This document shows positions 13,109 through 26,736 of a stretch of 64,000 nucleotides of DNA, one piece after another (the stretch's first letter is position 1; the number at the start of each line of letters is the position of its first letter). The stretch lies in assembly GCF_009914755.1 (NCBI RefSeq), contig NC_060928.1. One strand, written 5' to 3'. The translations under genes and the position numbers were made by a program. The notes beneath the pieces are model-generated. The model was not told the origin of the DNA. It was given only the letters and a program-made list of their open reading frames with translations, and did not search any database. Source of the DNA: the human T2T-CHM13v2.0 reference genome, Homo sapiens.

Positions 13109-16100
13109 ATTGCATACTAGTTGGAGATGAAGGTACATATTAGGTGAAGAATGCTTGCCCATACTTAGTCTTGAGGACTTACAGATCTTGCCCAAAATTA
13201 CACAGTAAATAATTTAAGGTTTTGGGACTGGGGCCTATGTATTCTATAAAATATCGCTTAATACTAGAGTGAAAAACCCCAGTGTTTATAAAAAGATGTA
13301 TTTTTAACCTTTCCTTTATATGCCTTCAAAATGTTCTGATATTCCTTTATTATATTTGTGTTTATATAATTGTTAATGACCAAAATATATGCTATTATGC
13401 TCAGCTAAAGCCATTCAAAACTTCATTGTACAAAAAACCAAAAATCCTTTCAATTTCTTATGGTAAAATGGTGCTAAAAAAGAATCACTTTTTGTTACTT
13501 GCCAAGAGCTCATTTATATTTTAGTTGTATTCAAAATATCTATTTAGATTTTTTACAAGTTTCATGAAGTCTAATTTCCCAATAATCCTGAATAAAATAC
13601 TTGTTTCCAATAGCACATTTTGAAATGTTTTTTGGAGTTGCTACTGAACTCCATTTGTACATTTTTTAAATTAAGAAAATAAATCAGCTAAAGTCTATTA
13701 TAGCACAGTTATCCTATTTGTTACACTAGCTTTGTAGCTACCAAAATTTCCTTGAATTATAGCCTCAAAATTTAACCAAGGTCCTCCACCCTAACCATCC
13801 ATGGCTGAAATCATACTTAATAATTTTCTCTGACTTGATACATAAACAGCAATATATTGACTTTATAATCCCTCTGAATATGGCTCATAAATTTGGGTTA
13901 CTCAGCTTTAAAATTGTTTTGTGGACATAAAACTCACTTAACTCATCAATTATGTAGTTCAACCACTGTCATTTGACTTTTTGGAATATAAATAACGTGC
14001 TACATTTAAGCTACTGACTGTTGTTTTATAAATTTTATCAGCTGAGAGATTATTGCACATACATGCAATTGTGAAATAAGATAATCAGTGTTCGTATATT
14101 TCATAAGTAGTCATTCTGGAATTTAAATATCTTTATAAAAAGATTCTATAAAATTTACAAATATTTGCTGTGGCTTAAATTGCTATGTGTGATGTAGTAC
14201 AATGACTTTTATCCCAAATAATTTATGCTTTTCAAACAGGTGTCAATCTTCAATGTTAGAGGGCAAGGAAGTCACATAATATAAAGTTATTGTTAAAGAA
14301 ATATGTGCTCTTCATTAAAAATCACTATTTAACCAGTTATTTTGATGTTTAAATATATGTAGATATAATGAAATTTACTATTAAAATATTAATAGCTTCC
14401 AAAACACAGTTCAGAAAAGGTAATATTTAGACAGTTAATTTTGGAAAAAAACGAAATGCTTGTTTGATTTCTCTTTATTATTTTTACATTGTAGTATGAA
14501 AAACACTTTCACAATGTACACAGTTTCTCTAAAATTGTAATGATATTCTCCATATCATTTTAACAAAAAAAAACTTACAGTTAAAGCAAAAAAATTATCT
14601 TTGCCTCTATTCTTGAAAACAAAAGTAAAATATTTTTCATTTTTTCTTTTTAATTTTTATTTATTTTTTAATTTTTCCATAAGTTATTGGGGTACACATG
14701 GTATTTGGTTACATGAGTAAGTTCTTTAGTGGTAATTTGTGAGATTTTGGTGCACCCATCACCTGAACAGTATACACTGCACCATATTTGTAGTCTTCTA
14801 TCTCTTGCCCAGCTCCGACTCTCCCCCAAGTCTCCAAAGTCCATTGCATCATTCTTATGCCTTTGTGTCCTCATAGCTTAGCTCCCACATATCAGTGAGA
14901 ACATATGATGTTTGGTTTTCCATTCCTGAGTTACTTCACTTAGAATAATAGTCTCCAATCTCATCCAGGTCACTGCAAATTCTGTTAATTCATTCTTTTA
15001 TGGCTGTGTAGTATTCCATCATATATTTATAATTATCTCTATGTATATGATATATTTTATATATATAATCACAGTTTCTCCACTTGTTGATTGATGAGCA
15101 TTTGGGTTGGTTCCACGATTTTGCAATTGTGAATTGTGCTGCTATAAACAGCATGTGCAAGTTATCTTTTTTGAATAATAACTTCTTTTCCTCTGGGCAG
15201 ATAGCCAGTAATGGGATTGCTGGATCAAAGGGTAGTTCTACTTTTAGTTCTTTAAGAAATCTCCACACTTTTTCCCACAGTGGCTCTATTAGTTTACATT
15301 CCCACCAGCAGTGTAGAAATGTTCCGTGTTCACCACATCCACACTAACATCTACTGTTTTTTGATTATGGCCATTCTTGCGGGAGTGAGGTGGTATTGCC
15401 TTGTGGTTTTGATTTGCATTTCCCTGATCATTAGTGATGTTGAGCATTTTTTCATATGTTTGTTGGCCATTTATATATTTTCTTTTGAGAATTGTCTGTT
15501 CATGTCCTTAGCCTACTTTTTTATGGGATTATTTGTTTTTTTCTTACAGATTTGTTTGAGTTCATTGTAGATTCTGGATATTAGTCCTTTGTCCAGATGT
15601 ATAGATTGTGAAGATTTGCTCCCACTCTATGGGTTGTCTGTTTACTCTGCTGTTACTTTTGCTGTGAAAAGCTTTTTAGTTTAATTGGGTCCCAGCTATT
15701 TATCTTTGTTTTTATTGCATTTGCTTTTAGGTTCTTGGTCATGAAATCCTTGCTAAGCCAATGTCTAGAAGGGTTTTTCTAATGTTATCTTCTAGAATTT
15801 TTATAGCTTCAGGTCTTAGGTTTAAGTCCTTAATCCATGCTGAATTTATTTTTGTATAAGGTGAGAGATGAGGATCCAGTTTCATTCTCCTACATGTGGC
15901 TAGCCAATTATCCCAGCACCATTTGTTGAAAAGGGTGTTCTTTCCCCACTTTATGTTTTTGCTTGCCTTGTCAAAGATCAATCAGCTGTAAGTATTTGCG
16001 TTTATTTCTAGGTTCTCTATTCTGTTCCATTGGTCTATGTGCCTATTTTTGTACCAGTACCATGCTGTTTTGGTGACTATTGCCTTATACTATAGTTTGA

Positions 16101-17715
16101 AATCAGGTAGTGTAATGTCTCCAGATTTGTCCTTTCTGCTTAGTCTTGCTTTGGCTCTTTTTGGTTCCATATGAATTTTAGAATTGGTTTTTCTAATTCT
16201 GTGAAGAATGATAGTGGTATTTTGATGGAGATTGCATTGAATTTGTAGATTGCTTTTGGCAGTATAGTCATTTTCACATTATTGATTCTACCCATCCATG
16301 AACATGGGATGTGTTTCCATTTGTTCATGTCGTCTATGATTTTTTTCCACAGTGTTCTGTAGTTTTCCTTGTAGAGGTCAACTGACACCTTTGTTAGGTT
16401 TATGCCTAATATTTTATTTTTTTGCAGCTATTGTAAAAGGAGTTGAGTTCTTGATTTGATTCTCCACCTGGTTGCTGTTGGTGTATAGAAAAGCTACTGA
16501 TTTGTGTACATTAATCTTGTCCCTTGGAACTTTGCTGAATTCTTTCATGAGTTCTAGGAGCTTTCTTTAGAAGTCCTTAGGGTTTTCAAGGTAAACAATT
16601 ATATCATCAGCAAGCAGGGACAGTTTGACTTCCTCTTTACTTATTTGAATGCCCTTTATTTCTTTCTCTTGTCTGATTTCTCTGGCTAGGACTTCCAGTA
16701 TTACTTTGCAGAGGAATGGTGAGAGCGGGCATCCTTGTCTTGTTCCAGTTCTCAAAGAAAATGCTTTCAACTTTCCCCCATTCAGTATTATGTTGGCTGT
16801 GGGTTTGTCATAGATGGCTTTTATTACATTAAGTCGTGTCCTTTGTATGCCGATTTTGCTGAGAGTTTTAATCATAAAGGGATCCTGGATTTGTTGAATG
16901 CTTTTTCTGCATCTATTGAAATGATCATGTAATTTTTGTTTTTAATTCTATTTATGTGGTGTATCACATTTATTTACTTTCATATGTTAAACCATCCCTG
17001 CATCCCTGGTATGAAACCCACTTGACCATGGTGGATTATCTTTTTGATATGTTGTCGGATTCAGTCAGCTTGTATTTTGTTAAGGATTTTGGCATCTATG
17101 TTCATCAAGAATATCAGTCTGTAGTTTTCATTTTTGGTTATGTCCTTTCCTGGTTTTGGTATTAGGGTGATGCTGGCTTCACAGAATGAATTAGAAAGGG
17201 GTCCTTCTTTCTCTACCTGGTGGAATAGTGTCAAAAGGATTGGTATCAATTCTTCTTTGAATGTCTGGTAGAATTCTGCTGTGAATCTGTCTGGTCCTGG
17301 ACTTTTTTTTGTTGGTAATTTTTTAATTACCATTTCAATCTCACTGCTTGTTATTGTTCTGCTCAGGGTATCTAGTTCTTCCTGATTTAAGCAAGGATTA
17401 TATTTTTACAGAAATTTACCCATCTCTTCTAAGTCTACTAGTTTATGTACATAAAGGCATTCATAGTAGCCTTGAATGATCTTTTGTATTTCAGTGGTGT
17501 CAGTTGTAATATCTCCTATTTCATTTCTTAGTGAGGTTATTTGGATTTTATCTCTTCTTTCCTTGGCTAATCTTGCCAATGGCCTATCAATTTTATTTAT
17601 CTTTTCAAAGAACCAGATTTTGTTACATTTATGTTTTGAATTTTTTTGTTTCAATTTCATTTAGTTCTGCTCTGATTTTGGTTATTTCCTTTCATCTGGT
17701 GGGTTCAGATTTGAT

Positions 17716-18408
17716 TTATTCTTGTTTCTCTAGTTCCTTGCGGTATGACCTTAGAGTGTCAGTTTGTGCTCTTTCAGTCTTTTTGATGTAGGCATTTAGG
17801 ATTATGAATTTTTCTCTTAGCACTGCCTTTGCTGTATCACAGAGGTTTTGATAGGTTGTATCTTTATTGTCATGCAGTTTGAAGAGTTTTTTAATTTCCA
17901 CGTTGATTTTATTTTTGATCCAATGCTCATTCAGAATGAGGTTATTTAATTTCCATGTATTGGCCTGGTTTTGAAGGTACCTTTTGGAGTTTATTTCCAG
18001 TTTTATTCCACTGTGGTCTGAGAGAGTGCTTGATATAATTTCAGTTTTCTTAAATTTATTGAGGCATGTTTTATGGCCTATCATATGGTCTATCTTGGAG
18101 AAAGTTTCATGCACTGTTGAATAGAATGTGTATTCTGTGGTTCTTGGATGAAATGTTCTGTATGTATCTGTTAAGTCCATTTGTTCCAAGGTATAGTTTA
18201 AATCCATTGTTTCTTTGTTGACTTTCTGTCTTGATGATGTGTCTAGTGCAGTCATTGGAGTATTGAAGTCCCCTACTATTATTATGTTGCTGTCTGTCTC
18301 ATTTCTTAGGTCTATTGGTGATTGTTTTATAAATTTTGAAGCTCCAGTGTTAGATGCATATATGTTTAGGATTGTGATAGTTTCCTGTTGGACAATGTCT
18401 TTTACCAT
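17716..18408 (-). pseudogene. L1 ORF2p APE-type endonuclease domain remnant (230-aa open stretch)
   Basis: Translation has [36 protein letters not shown] and TWKLNN motifs. Downstream RT fragments (PGPDRFT at 17061-17333; [10 protein letters not shown] and LLADDIIVY at 16567-16875) lie in separate broken ORFs, so ORF2 is non-functional. Confidence 0.9.
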
Positions 18409-20260
18409 TATATAATGTCCCTCTTTGTCTCTTTTAACTGCTGTTGCTTTAAAGTTTGTTTTGTCTGATTTAAGAATAGCTACCCTTGCTCACTTTTGGT
18501 GCCCATTTGCATGAAATGCCTTTTTCCACCCCTTTAGTTTAAGTTTATGTGAGTCCTTAAGTGCTAAGTGAGTCTCCTGAAGGCAGCACATGGTTGGTGA
18601 GTTGTTATCCATTCTGCAGTTCTGTATCTTTTAAGTGGAGTATTTAGGCCATTTACATTCAATGTTATTGAAATGTGAGGTACTGTTGCATTTGTTGTGC
18701 TTTTTATTGCCTGTGTACTTTGGTTTTTTTGTTTTTGTTTCTACTTTTTAACTTGTATTTTTGTTTTATAAGTCCTCTGTAATTTTTCTGTTTTGATGTG
18801 TTTCCAGGATTTGTTTCAAGATTTAGAGCTCCTTTTAGCAGTTCTTATAGTGCTGGCTTTGTAATGGTGAATTATCTCAGCATTTGTTTGTCTGAAAAAG
18901 CTGTATCTTTCCTTCATATATAATGCTTAGTTTCACTGGATACAAAATTCTTGGCTGATAATTGTTTTGTTTGAGGAGGCTGAAGACAGGGCCTCAGTTT
19001 CATCTCGCTTGTGGGGTTTCTGCTGAGAAATCTGCTGTTCACGTGATAGGTTTTCCTTTATAGGTTATATGATGCTTCTGTCTCACAGCTCTTAAGAGTA
19101 TTTCCTTCGTCTTAACTTTGGATAAAGTGATGACAGTGTGCCTGGGTGAAGATCTTTTTGTGATGAATTTCCCAGGTGTTCTTTGTGCTTCTTGTATTTG
19201 GATGTCTAGGTCTCTAGCAAGGCCAGGAATGTTTTCCTAGATTATTCCCCCAAATATGTTTTCCATGCTTTTGGAATTCTCTTCTTCCTCAGGAACACCA
19301 ATTATTCTTAAGTTTGATCATTTAACATAATCCCAGACCTCTTGGAGGCTTTGTTCATATTTTCTTACTCTTTTTTAGTATTAGTTGTATTAGATTAATT
19401 TGAAGAACTGTTCTTAGAGTTCTGAATTTATTGCTTTTTACTTGTTCAGTTCTATTGCTGAGACTTTCCAGAGCATTTCACGTTTCTAAAAGTGTGTCCA
19501 AAGTTTCCTGAATATTTACTGTTTTTTTTAAACTATCTATTTTCTTGAATATTTCTCCCTTTACTTTTTGTATCATATTTTGGGTTTTCTTTCATTGGGC
19601 TTCACTTTTCTCTGCTCCCTCCCTGATTAGCTTAATAACTAACCTCCTGTATTCTTTTTCAGGTAAATCAGGGATTTATTCTTGGTTTGAATCCATTGCT
19701 GGTGAACTAGTGTGATTTTTGGGGGGTGTTGAAAGAGCCTTGTTTTGTCATATTACTAGGGTTGGTTTTCTGGTTCCTTCTTATTTGGATAGGTTCTGTC
19801 ACAGGGAAGGTCTAGGGCTGAAGGCTGTTGTTCAGATTCTTTTGTCTCACAGGGTGTTCCCTGGATGTAGTACTCTCTCCCTTTTCCTATGGATGTGGCT
19901 TCTTGTGAGCTGAACTGCAGTGATTGTTGTCTCTCTTCTGGGTCTAGTAACCCCTTGAACCTGCCCAGCTCTGGGCTGGTATTGGGGATTGTCTGCACAG
20001 AGTCCTGTGATGTGAACTGTCTGTGGGTCTCTCAGCCATGGATACCAGTGCCTGTTCTGGTGGAGGTGGCAGGGGTGGGTGCAATGGACTCTACTTGGGT
20101 TCTTAGCTTTGGTGGTTTAATGCTCTATTTTTTTGCTGGTTGGCCTCCTGCCACGAGGTGGCGGTTTCCAGAAAGCATCAGCTGTGGTATTAGGAGGAGG
20201 AACTGGCAGTTGGCAGGGCCCTAGAACTCTCAAGATAATATCCTCTTTGTCTACTGCTAC

Positions 20261-21688
20261 TGTGTCCGGAATTGGTGGGTTCTTGGTCTCACTGACTTCA
20301 AGAATGAAGCCGCGGACCCTCGCGGTGAGTGTTACAGCTCTTAAGGTGGCGCGTCTGGAGTTCGTTCCTTCTGATGTTCAGATGTGTTCGGAGTTTCTTC
20401 CTTCTGGTGGGTTTGTAGTCTCGCTGGCTCAGGAGTGAAGCTGCAGACCTTCGCAGTGTTACAGCTCTTAAGGCGGTGCATCTGGAGTTGTTCATTCCTC
20501 CTGGTGGGCTCGTGGGCTTGCTCACTTCAGGAGTGAAGCTGCAGACCTTCGTGGTGAGTGTTACAGCTCATAAAAGCAGTGTGGACCCAAAGAGTGAGCA
20601 GTAGCAAGATTTATTGCAAAGAGCAAAAGAACAAAGCTTCCACAGTGTGGAAGGGGACCTGAGTGGGTTGCCACTGCTGCCTCTGGCAGCCTGCTTTTGT
20701 TCTCTTATCTGGCCCCACCCACATCCTGCTGATTGGTAGAGCCAAGTGGTCTGTTTTGACAGGGTGCTAATTGGTGCATTTACAATCCCTGAGCTAGTCA
20801 CAAAAGTTCTTCATGTCCCCACTAGATTAACTAGATACAGAGTGTAGACATAAAGGTTCTCCAAGGCCCCACCAGAGTAGCTAGATACAGAGTGTCGATT
20901 GGTGCATTCACAAACCCTGAGCTAGACACAGGGTGCTGATTGGTGTGTTTACAAACCTTGAGCTAGATACAGAGTGCCCATTGGTGTATTTACAATCCCT
21001 GAGCTAGACATAAAGATTCTCCACGTCCTCACCAGACTCAGGAGCCCAGCTGGCTTCACCCAGTGGATCCCGCACTGGGGCTGCAGGTAGAGCTGCCTGC
21101 CAGTCCCGTGCCGTGCGCCCATACTCCTCAGCCCTTGGGTGGTCGATGGGACTGGGCGCCGTGGAGCAGGGGGCAGCGCTCATCAGGGAGGCTCGGGCTG
21201 CACAGGAGCCCATGGAGGGGGTGGGAGGCTCAGGCATGGCGGGCTGCAGGTCTCGAGCCCTGCCCCATGGGAAGGCAGCTAAGGCCTGGTGAGAAATCGA
21301 GAGCAGCACCGGTGGGCTGGCACTGCTGGGAGACCCAGTGCACCCTCCGCAGCCACTGGCCCGGGTGCTAAGCCCCTCATTGCCTGGGGCTAGCAGGGCC
21401 GGCAGGCTGCTCCGAGTGTGGAGCCTGCCAAGCCCACGCCCACCCGGAACTCCAGCTGGCCCGCGGGCGCCGAATGCGCTGCCCCGGTTCCTGCTGGCGC
21501 CTCTCCATCCACACCTCCCTGCAAGCTGAGGGAGCCGGCTCTGGCCTTGACCAGCCCAGAAGGGGGCTCCCACAGTGCAGCGGTGGGCTGAAGGGCTCCT
21601 CAAGTGCCGCCAAAGTGGGAGCCCAGGCAGAGGAGGCGCCGAGAGCCAGCGAGGGCTGTGAGAACTGCCAGCACGCTGTCACCTCTCA
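20261..21688 (-). mobile_element. Complete solo LTR12C (ERV9) with 4-bp TSD CTAC
   Basis: Plus-strand ends are tgtgtccggaattggtggg... and ...gcacgctgtcacctctca. ctac flanks both sides (20257-20260, 21689-21692). U5 tandem repeats are present, the AATAAA signal is at 20610-20615 (minus), and a CCAAT repeat array spans about 20730-20985. Confidence 0.97.
20700..20990 (-). promoter_or_regulatory. LTR12C NF-Y (CCAAT) / GATA promoter-enhancer array
   Basis: Five ATTGG motifs (about 20732, 20770, 20898, 20939, 20980) and a GATA site (cttatct, about 20704). ERV9 LTR promoters are known to be NF-Y/GATA dependent. Activity of this copy is not shown by the sequence. Confidence 0.6.
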
Positions 21689-22274
21689 CTACCAAGGTGG
21701 GTGAGGGAAGACCATCAGATGGGGGTGGGGCTAGGCGAGTCTGGGCTTAGACTCTTCTTGGTCAGATCTTGCTGTGGCTGCTGTCAGGGGTGGGGGTGAG
21801 ATTCCCAGGTCACTGGAGTTGTGTACCTAGGAGGATTATGGTTGCCTCTGCTGAGTCATGAAATTTTTCAGGGAAGTGGGGAAAGCCAGCAGTCACAGGC
21901 CTCAGCTAGCACTCACACAAACTAAAGGGCTGGTCTCACTCCCCTATGCCCTTGCCAACAGCCCTCAGACCTTTTCCAGGCAGAGTGATATAGGCTTGAA
22001 AAACTGCCCCAGGCTAACTGCTTCCCAGCTGCGAAAGAAATGGGCTTGCTTCTTTCCCTGCCTGTGGAGCCAGCACAACAGATTTGCACCCTCCCATGAG
22101 TTCTGGCCGGGAGGCTTCTCACCCCATTCAAACTGTTACAAAGTTCAGCTAGAGGTTTGCTATTCCCTGTAGTTTTACCCCCTCTGTTCCTCCAGCATTG
22201 GATCCGTCTGATGCCAAGCAGGAATGACTTCCTAGGGGACCCTGTGAGCTCCCAGGGCCTTTCTGCTGTTTCCT

Positions 22275-22586
22275 CAGTGGTTCACATCTATAATCACAGC
22301 ACTTTGGAAGGCCAATGCAGGAGGATCTCTTGAGCCCAGGAGTTAGAGACCAGCTTGGGCAACAAAGGGAGACCCTGTTTCTACAGAAAAATGTGGTAGC
22401 ATGTGCCTATACTTTCAGCTTCTTGGGAGGCTGAGGCAGGAGAATTGCTTGAGCCCAGGAGGTAAAGGCTGGATGATTATGCCAAGATTGTGCCACTACC
22501 TGCACTCCAGCCTGGTTGACAGAGTGAGACCCTGTCTCAAAATACATGAATAATTAATAAATAAATAAATAAATGAATAAACAAAC
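22275..22586 (+). mobile_element. AluJ lacking its first ~9 nt and part of the linker, with (TAAA)n tail
   Basis: Starts cagtggttcacatctataatcacagc. J-type motifs ggatctcttgagcccaggag and gagaccctgtctc are present. Confidence 0.88.
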
Positions 22587-24003
22587 TTGCCAATTAAAAT
22601 TTAACAAAACACATAGAACTGCAACACAAGAAACAAACAAACAAGGTTTTTTAAAATGATACTTCAGACCAAATGTCTGGTAAATTTTATATTAAATTAC
22701 ATTAATTGTTTCTGTATGTTTTGTGTTGCTTTACATTCCAGATAGATACTACTGTTCATTATCAGAATTCTAAGTTTCAATGATCATTATCTTTTATTAT
22801 TTTAAAATTAAAGATAGATAGATATAGTATTTTCTATATTTATCTAAGCTTAATATTCCTCAGAAAAATGACCTAAACAATACACTGTCTAAGCTGAAGT
22901 TGCAAGAAAGCTTTCAGACATATAAATATATTAGGCTTCAAATAATGAAAACAACATAAATCCAAAGCTCATACTCAAGTTTGAGCTAATTGTATATTTA
23001 CAAATATAGTATTTTATTCTTTCCTTTTAAGTTATGTGTAGTATTTGTCTATTATAGTTACTGCTTGAGGAAAAAGTGAACAAGTTTTGCTTTGTGTATG
23101 CCTAAATAAAATTATCTTTTGAATATTGACTGTTAGCATATTACTACCATCTTAATATAGCAAAAGTAACATTAAATATTATAAAAAGTAAAAAATTATA
23201 TATATAACCTGACTTCCTGAATGTGTGATCTATTTTTGGTATAAGTCGATGTGAGAGAAGCTTATCTGAAATAAAGATAGAAATATAGTCAAGACATAGT
23301 TGTCTGTCTGTGGTTCACTGACTTCTTTACCTAAATATATACCACAAAGCTCAGCACATCTCCACTGCAAATGCCAAATTAAATATTAACAATGTAAACC
23401 CTGGACTAATACAGGCGATAGCTGGATTTCAAGTTGGAAGTTGTTTTGGATGTATATTTAGATGTTCAGAGTTTTTTTTTTTTAATCCAAATATGCTTTG
23501 ATGCTGCAAAAATCACTTTTAGTAGAAGTGCTGACAGAAACATTATTATGACAGGAGCTTCCAATTTTCCAGCCAACATATTGTTCTCAAAATAATTTTT
23601 ATTTTATTTATGGACATTATATCATAGAGATATGAGAGCCTAAATGAGCAAAGTAAAGATTCTTGGTTGTTTCTGTTTTTCTTAGCTTTCAGAATCCATA
23701 CATCTCACTCAGATCATTAAAGAAATAATACAGTTTCTACATTTTTAGCTGTTACCATAAGAAGTATAGGCCAATTTTTAAGAAACTAAAATGCCCCTTC
23801 GTGTTTTTTTGTTACCTCTTGTAACATAAAGGAAGAGGTTTACATTAAATAAATTACTTTTACACTAGTACAATGAAAGATTCAGACATAATTATGGAGG
23901 ATGAAGATATATGGCAGCTCTTCTTTCTTTCAATATCTCTGTCACTAAATTTATTTTTATTGATGGCTGAAATATCCTAAATGTGGAAGAACAGGATACT
24001 TTA

Positions 24004-24152
24004 TTTTCTTCTTCCTTCCTCCCTCCCTCTCTCTGTTGTTCTTTGCTTCTTTCCTTTCTCCCTTCTTTCTCCCCTTCCCTCTTCTCTTTGCCCTCTCCCT
24101 CCCTCTCTCCTTTCATCCTCTCTTCCTTTCCTTCTTTTCTACCCTTTCCTTT
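24004..24152. repeat. CT-rich polypyrimidine/polypurine low-complexity tract
   Basis: ttcttcttccttcctccctccctct...ttcctttcc. Explains the overlapping ORFs at 23892-24257. Confidence 0.9.
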
Positions 24153-26736
24153 GTACGCTGTGAGCAATTGGTATATTTTGGGGGCATTCAGGTATTCATA
24201 ATTGGATCAAAGTACTGGTTTTCAAGAGAAGGAAGAATCAAAATAATTTGTGGGTGATGTTCCAAAATAAGTACTTATCCTCTGCAACCCAATTCTCATA
24301 TATCTCTATTTGGGGAAGAGAAAAATAAATGTTTTGAAAAAATTCCTAGGTGATTTTACTATTAGCCCCTACATGCTCCACATCTCCAGTTGGGAAACAT
24401 AATTTTAGAATATCACAGTGATACTTTGCATGTGTGATGCATGTATCTGCTTATGATCATATAAGTTTGAAAAATTTTGAAACATTCTAAGATGTAATTA
24501 CAATGAAATGTCCAAAGAAAATTTGAAGATCAAACAGAAATGTGGAACAACCTCTTATTAACGAAAAATCATTTTTGAATATTCCCTCTGTTTAATAAAT
24601 ATGATTTCAATCTTTTCACATTCCATGATTTTTTATGGGCTGGATTGTGTTAATGTGACACAAATCTTGCCTCAAATGTTTACTGGTAAGTCTGAGTAAG
24701 TTATAGGCTTTGTTTTAGCTATGTTCCAGTAATGCCTAGCTAAGATTTTATCTCAATCTTTTAAAAAAAATACTATAATAACCTGGTATTTATATTTTTC
24801 AAAATAAATTAACAAATAGATACTAAGTCTTGTCTGACAGTATTTGTGAGATTGTTTAGTGGGAATTAACTTTACAAAGTCAGATTACCTCTGAATCAAC
24901 TATGATCATATCTTATTATTTAAAAACCAGCAACATGTTGCAGCTATTGTGACTTCAAAGTGCCTTGCCTGAATCAGTTGACACTCTTTATCCTAAACAC
25001 TTTAGTTTGGCATAAATCCAGTGTTAGCTATTAACAAAGGCTATGATACAGGGAACACATAACTAGGACATTTAGAAGTTAACAATGTAGAGAAGCCTTG
25101 TAAAGTTTAGAAAAACTATGAAGACTAAAAAATAAAAATAGCAGTATCTAGAATATAATATACCTGTGGTATCGATAGGAAATTAAGTGCACAAAACTGC
25201 ACTTATTAAGAAAGTTAGAAGTTTAAGAGGAAAGCTGAGTCAGGGTATCTATAAATCCAATTGAAGATAGTCATTATTATTGATAGTATTATTATTATGC
25301 TTTTGACTGTGCTTTACCCAAGGAAGGTAAAGTTTGCACAGCAAGTTGAAGGTCACACCTGCACAACTGTCATGAAGATTTTTTTCTTCTCTTTTCTTTG
25401 TTTCATGCCTGAAAGGAAAATGCATCAATATTACACAATTAATCAGTATAATTTTAATTTGTATCTTCAAATAACTGATGATTCAACATGATTTTATCAT
25501 AATTCACTTTTTATGCTATTGAACAGGAATATAGAACTTCATTATTGAACAAATAGACTATAGTGCAATAGTGTGCATTGACCTGCTAAACAAAGTGTCT
25601 GACTAGAGCTGAATAGCTGATGTAATTGATTGAGGGCAAAATTGTCATAAGTTAAAATAATTTGAAAGGTGATGACTGTCATGCTTATAATGCTACAACA
25701 TATAGATTTTTCAATGTTTTGCAATGATTATTTATAATATAAACATTTTGAGATATTTCATGATGTGATGGTCAAAATAGTTAACTCCTCACATACATTA
25801 AAGAAAACATGGCATTTAAAATGAAATGATGACAATCAGGTTTCTACTCTACACTGCTCAGATTACATGAATATTGTTCAGTTCTAAGAGAATAAAAATA
25901 AAATGTGAGTTGAGATGCTTGATTATTAATTAAACTGAAGGGATTTTAAAAGATAGAATCAACATATGAAGCATATGAATGAACTGGTCATGTTTTGAAC
26001 TGAATCCGAATTGCTCTATGGAATAATAATAAGAGTAATTTTATAGAAGCTCCAAAAATAGAATTTATTCAAATGGCAGATACATAAGTAGATATAAAAG
26101 AATTAATGTATCGAAGAATTATTTAACAAAGCTGTCAAAAGTTGAATAATTCCCGAAGAGGTAATATGGGTGTATAGGCTAAAATATCTATAGCAGGTAT
26201 GCTCTATAAATAATTATGTAGATAGTTGAACAATGTGACATTTAAATGTCCTTATAATCCTTGAATTCTTGACTTACGATGATTCAATTAATTCATTAAT
26301 TTGTCATTTACTAAATATTTGGTTTTTGTTAGGTGAGAATGGTTTATCTCTTTTACAATCTAATTCACTTGGATTATTTTTCTATTAGAAAATTTATTCT
26401 AGTTCTCTGTATTTGGTTACACCCTCTTTTTCTATTATTAATATAATTCTGCCACTTTTTATGTCCCTGTCTTATCCTAGATTCAATTAGTTAGGGGCAT
26501 GAAAGTCAGGATTTATCATGGGAAAGGAATATGCAGTTTATATTCTAAAACTGCACTTTTCAGACAACTGATTTGCTGAGCTGAGGGGAGTGTCATGCTA
26601 TTATCTAAATAAACTTCATATTTTACAACAGCCATAACAGAATATACAAAGATAATGTCAAAACAAAGAATGCATTCTCCCTATTATACATGCCATTTGG
26701 TTTCTCATGTACCAGTATTATGAAAAAGGAAATTCT

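Larger units (their letters stand above)
14640..22274 (-). mobile_element. Near full-length L1PB1 (L1PBa-type 5'UTR), interrupted by LTR12C, extreme 5' end lost
   Basis: The 3' end tttccataagttattggggtac...ggttacatgagtaagttctttagtggt is the L1PB1 signature. ORF2 fragments run from about 15000 to 18500, the ORF1 region from about 18800 to 19800. The 5'UTR is continuous across the LTR12C and stops at the Alu at 22275. Confidence 0.92.

Noticed and set aside
14990-18408. A functional reverse transcriptase/endonuclease gene or novel RT system
   Set aside because: This is ordinary L1PB1 ORF2, fragmented by stops and frameshifts.
20290-20580. CRISPR-like repeat-spacer pattern (gtgttacagctc..., ggagtgaagctgcagaccttcg)
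   Set aside because: These are the normal LTR12 U5 tandem repeats. The intervening sequence is also repeated, there are no cas genes, and the genome is primate.
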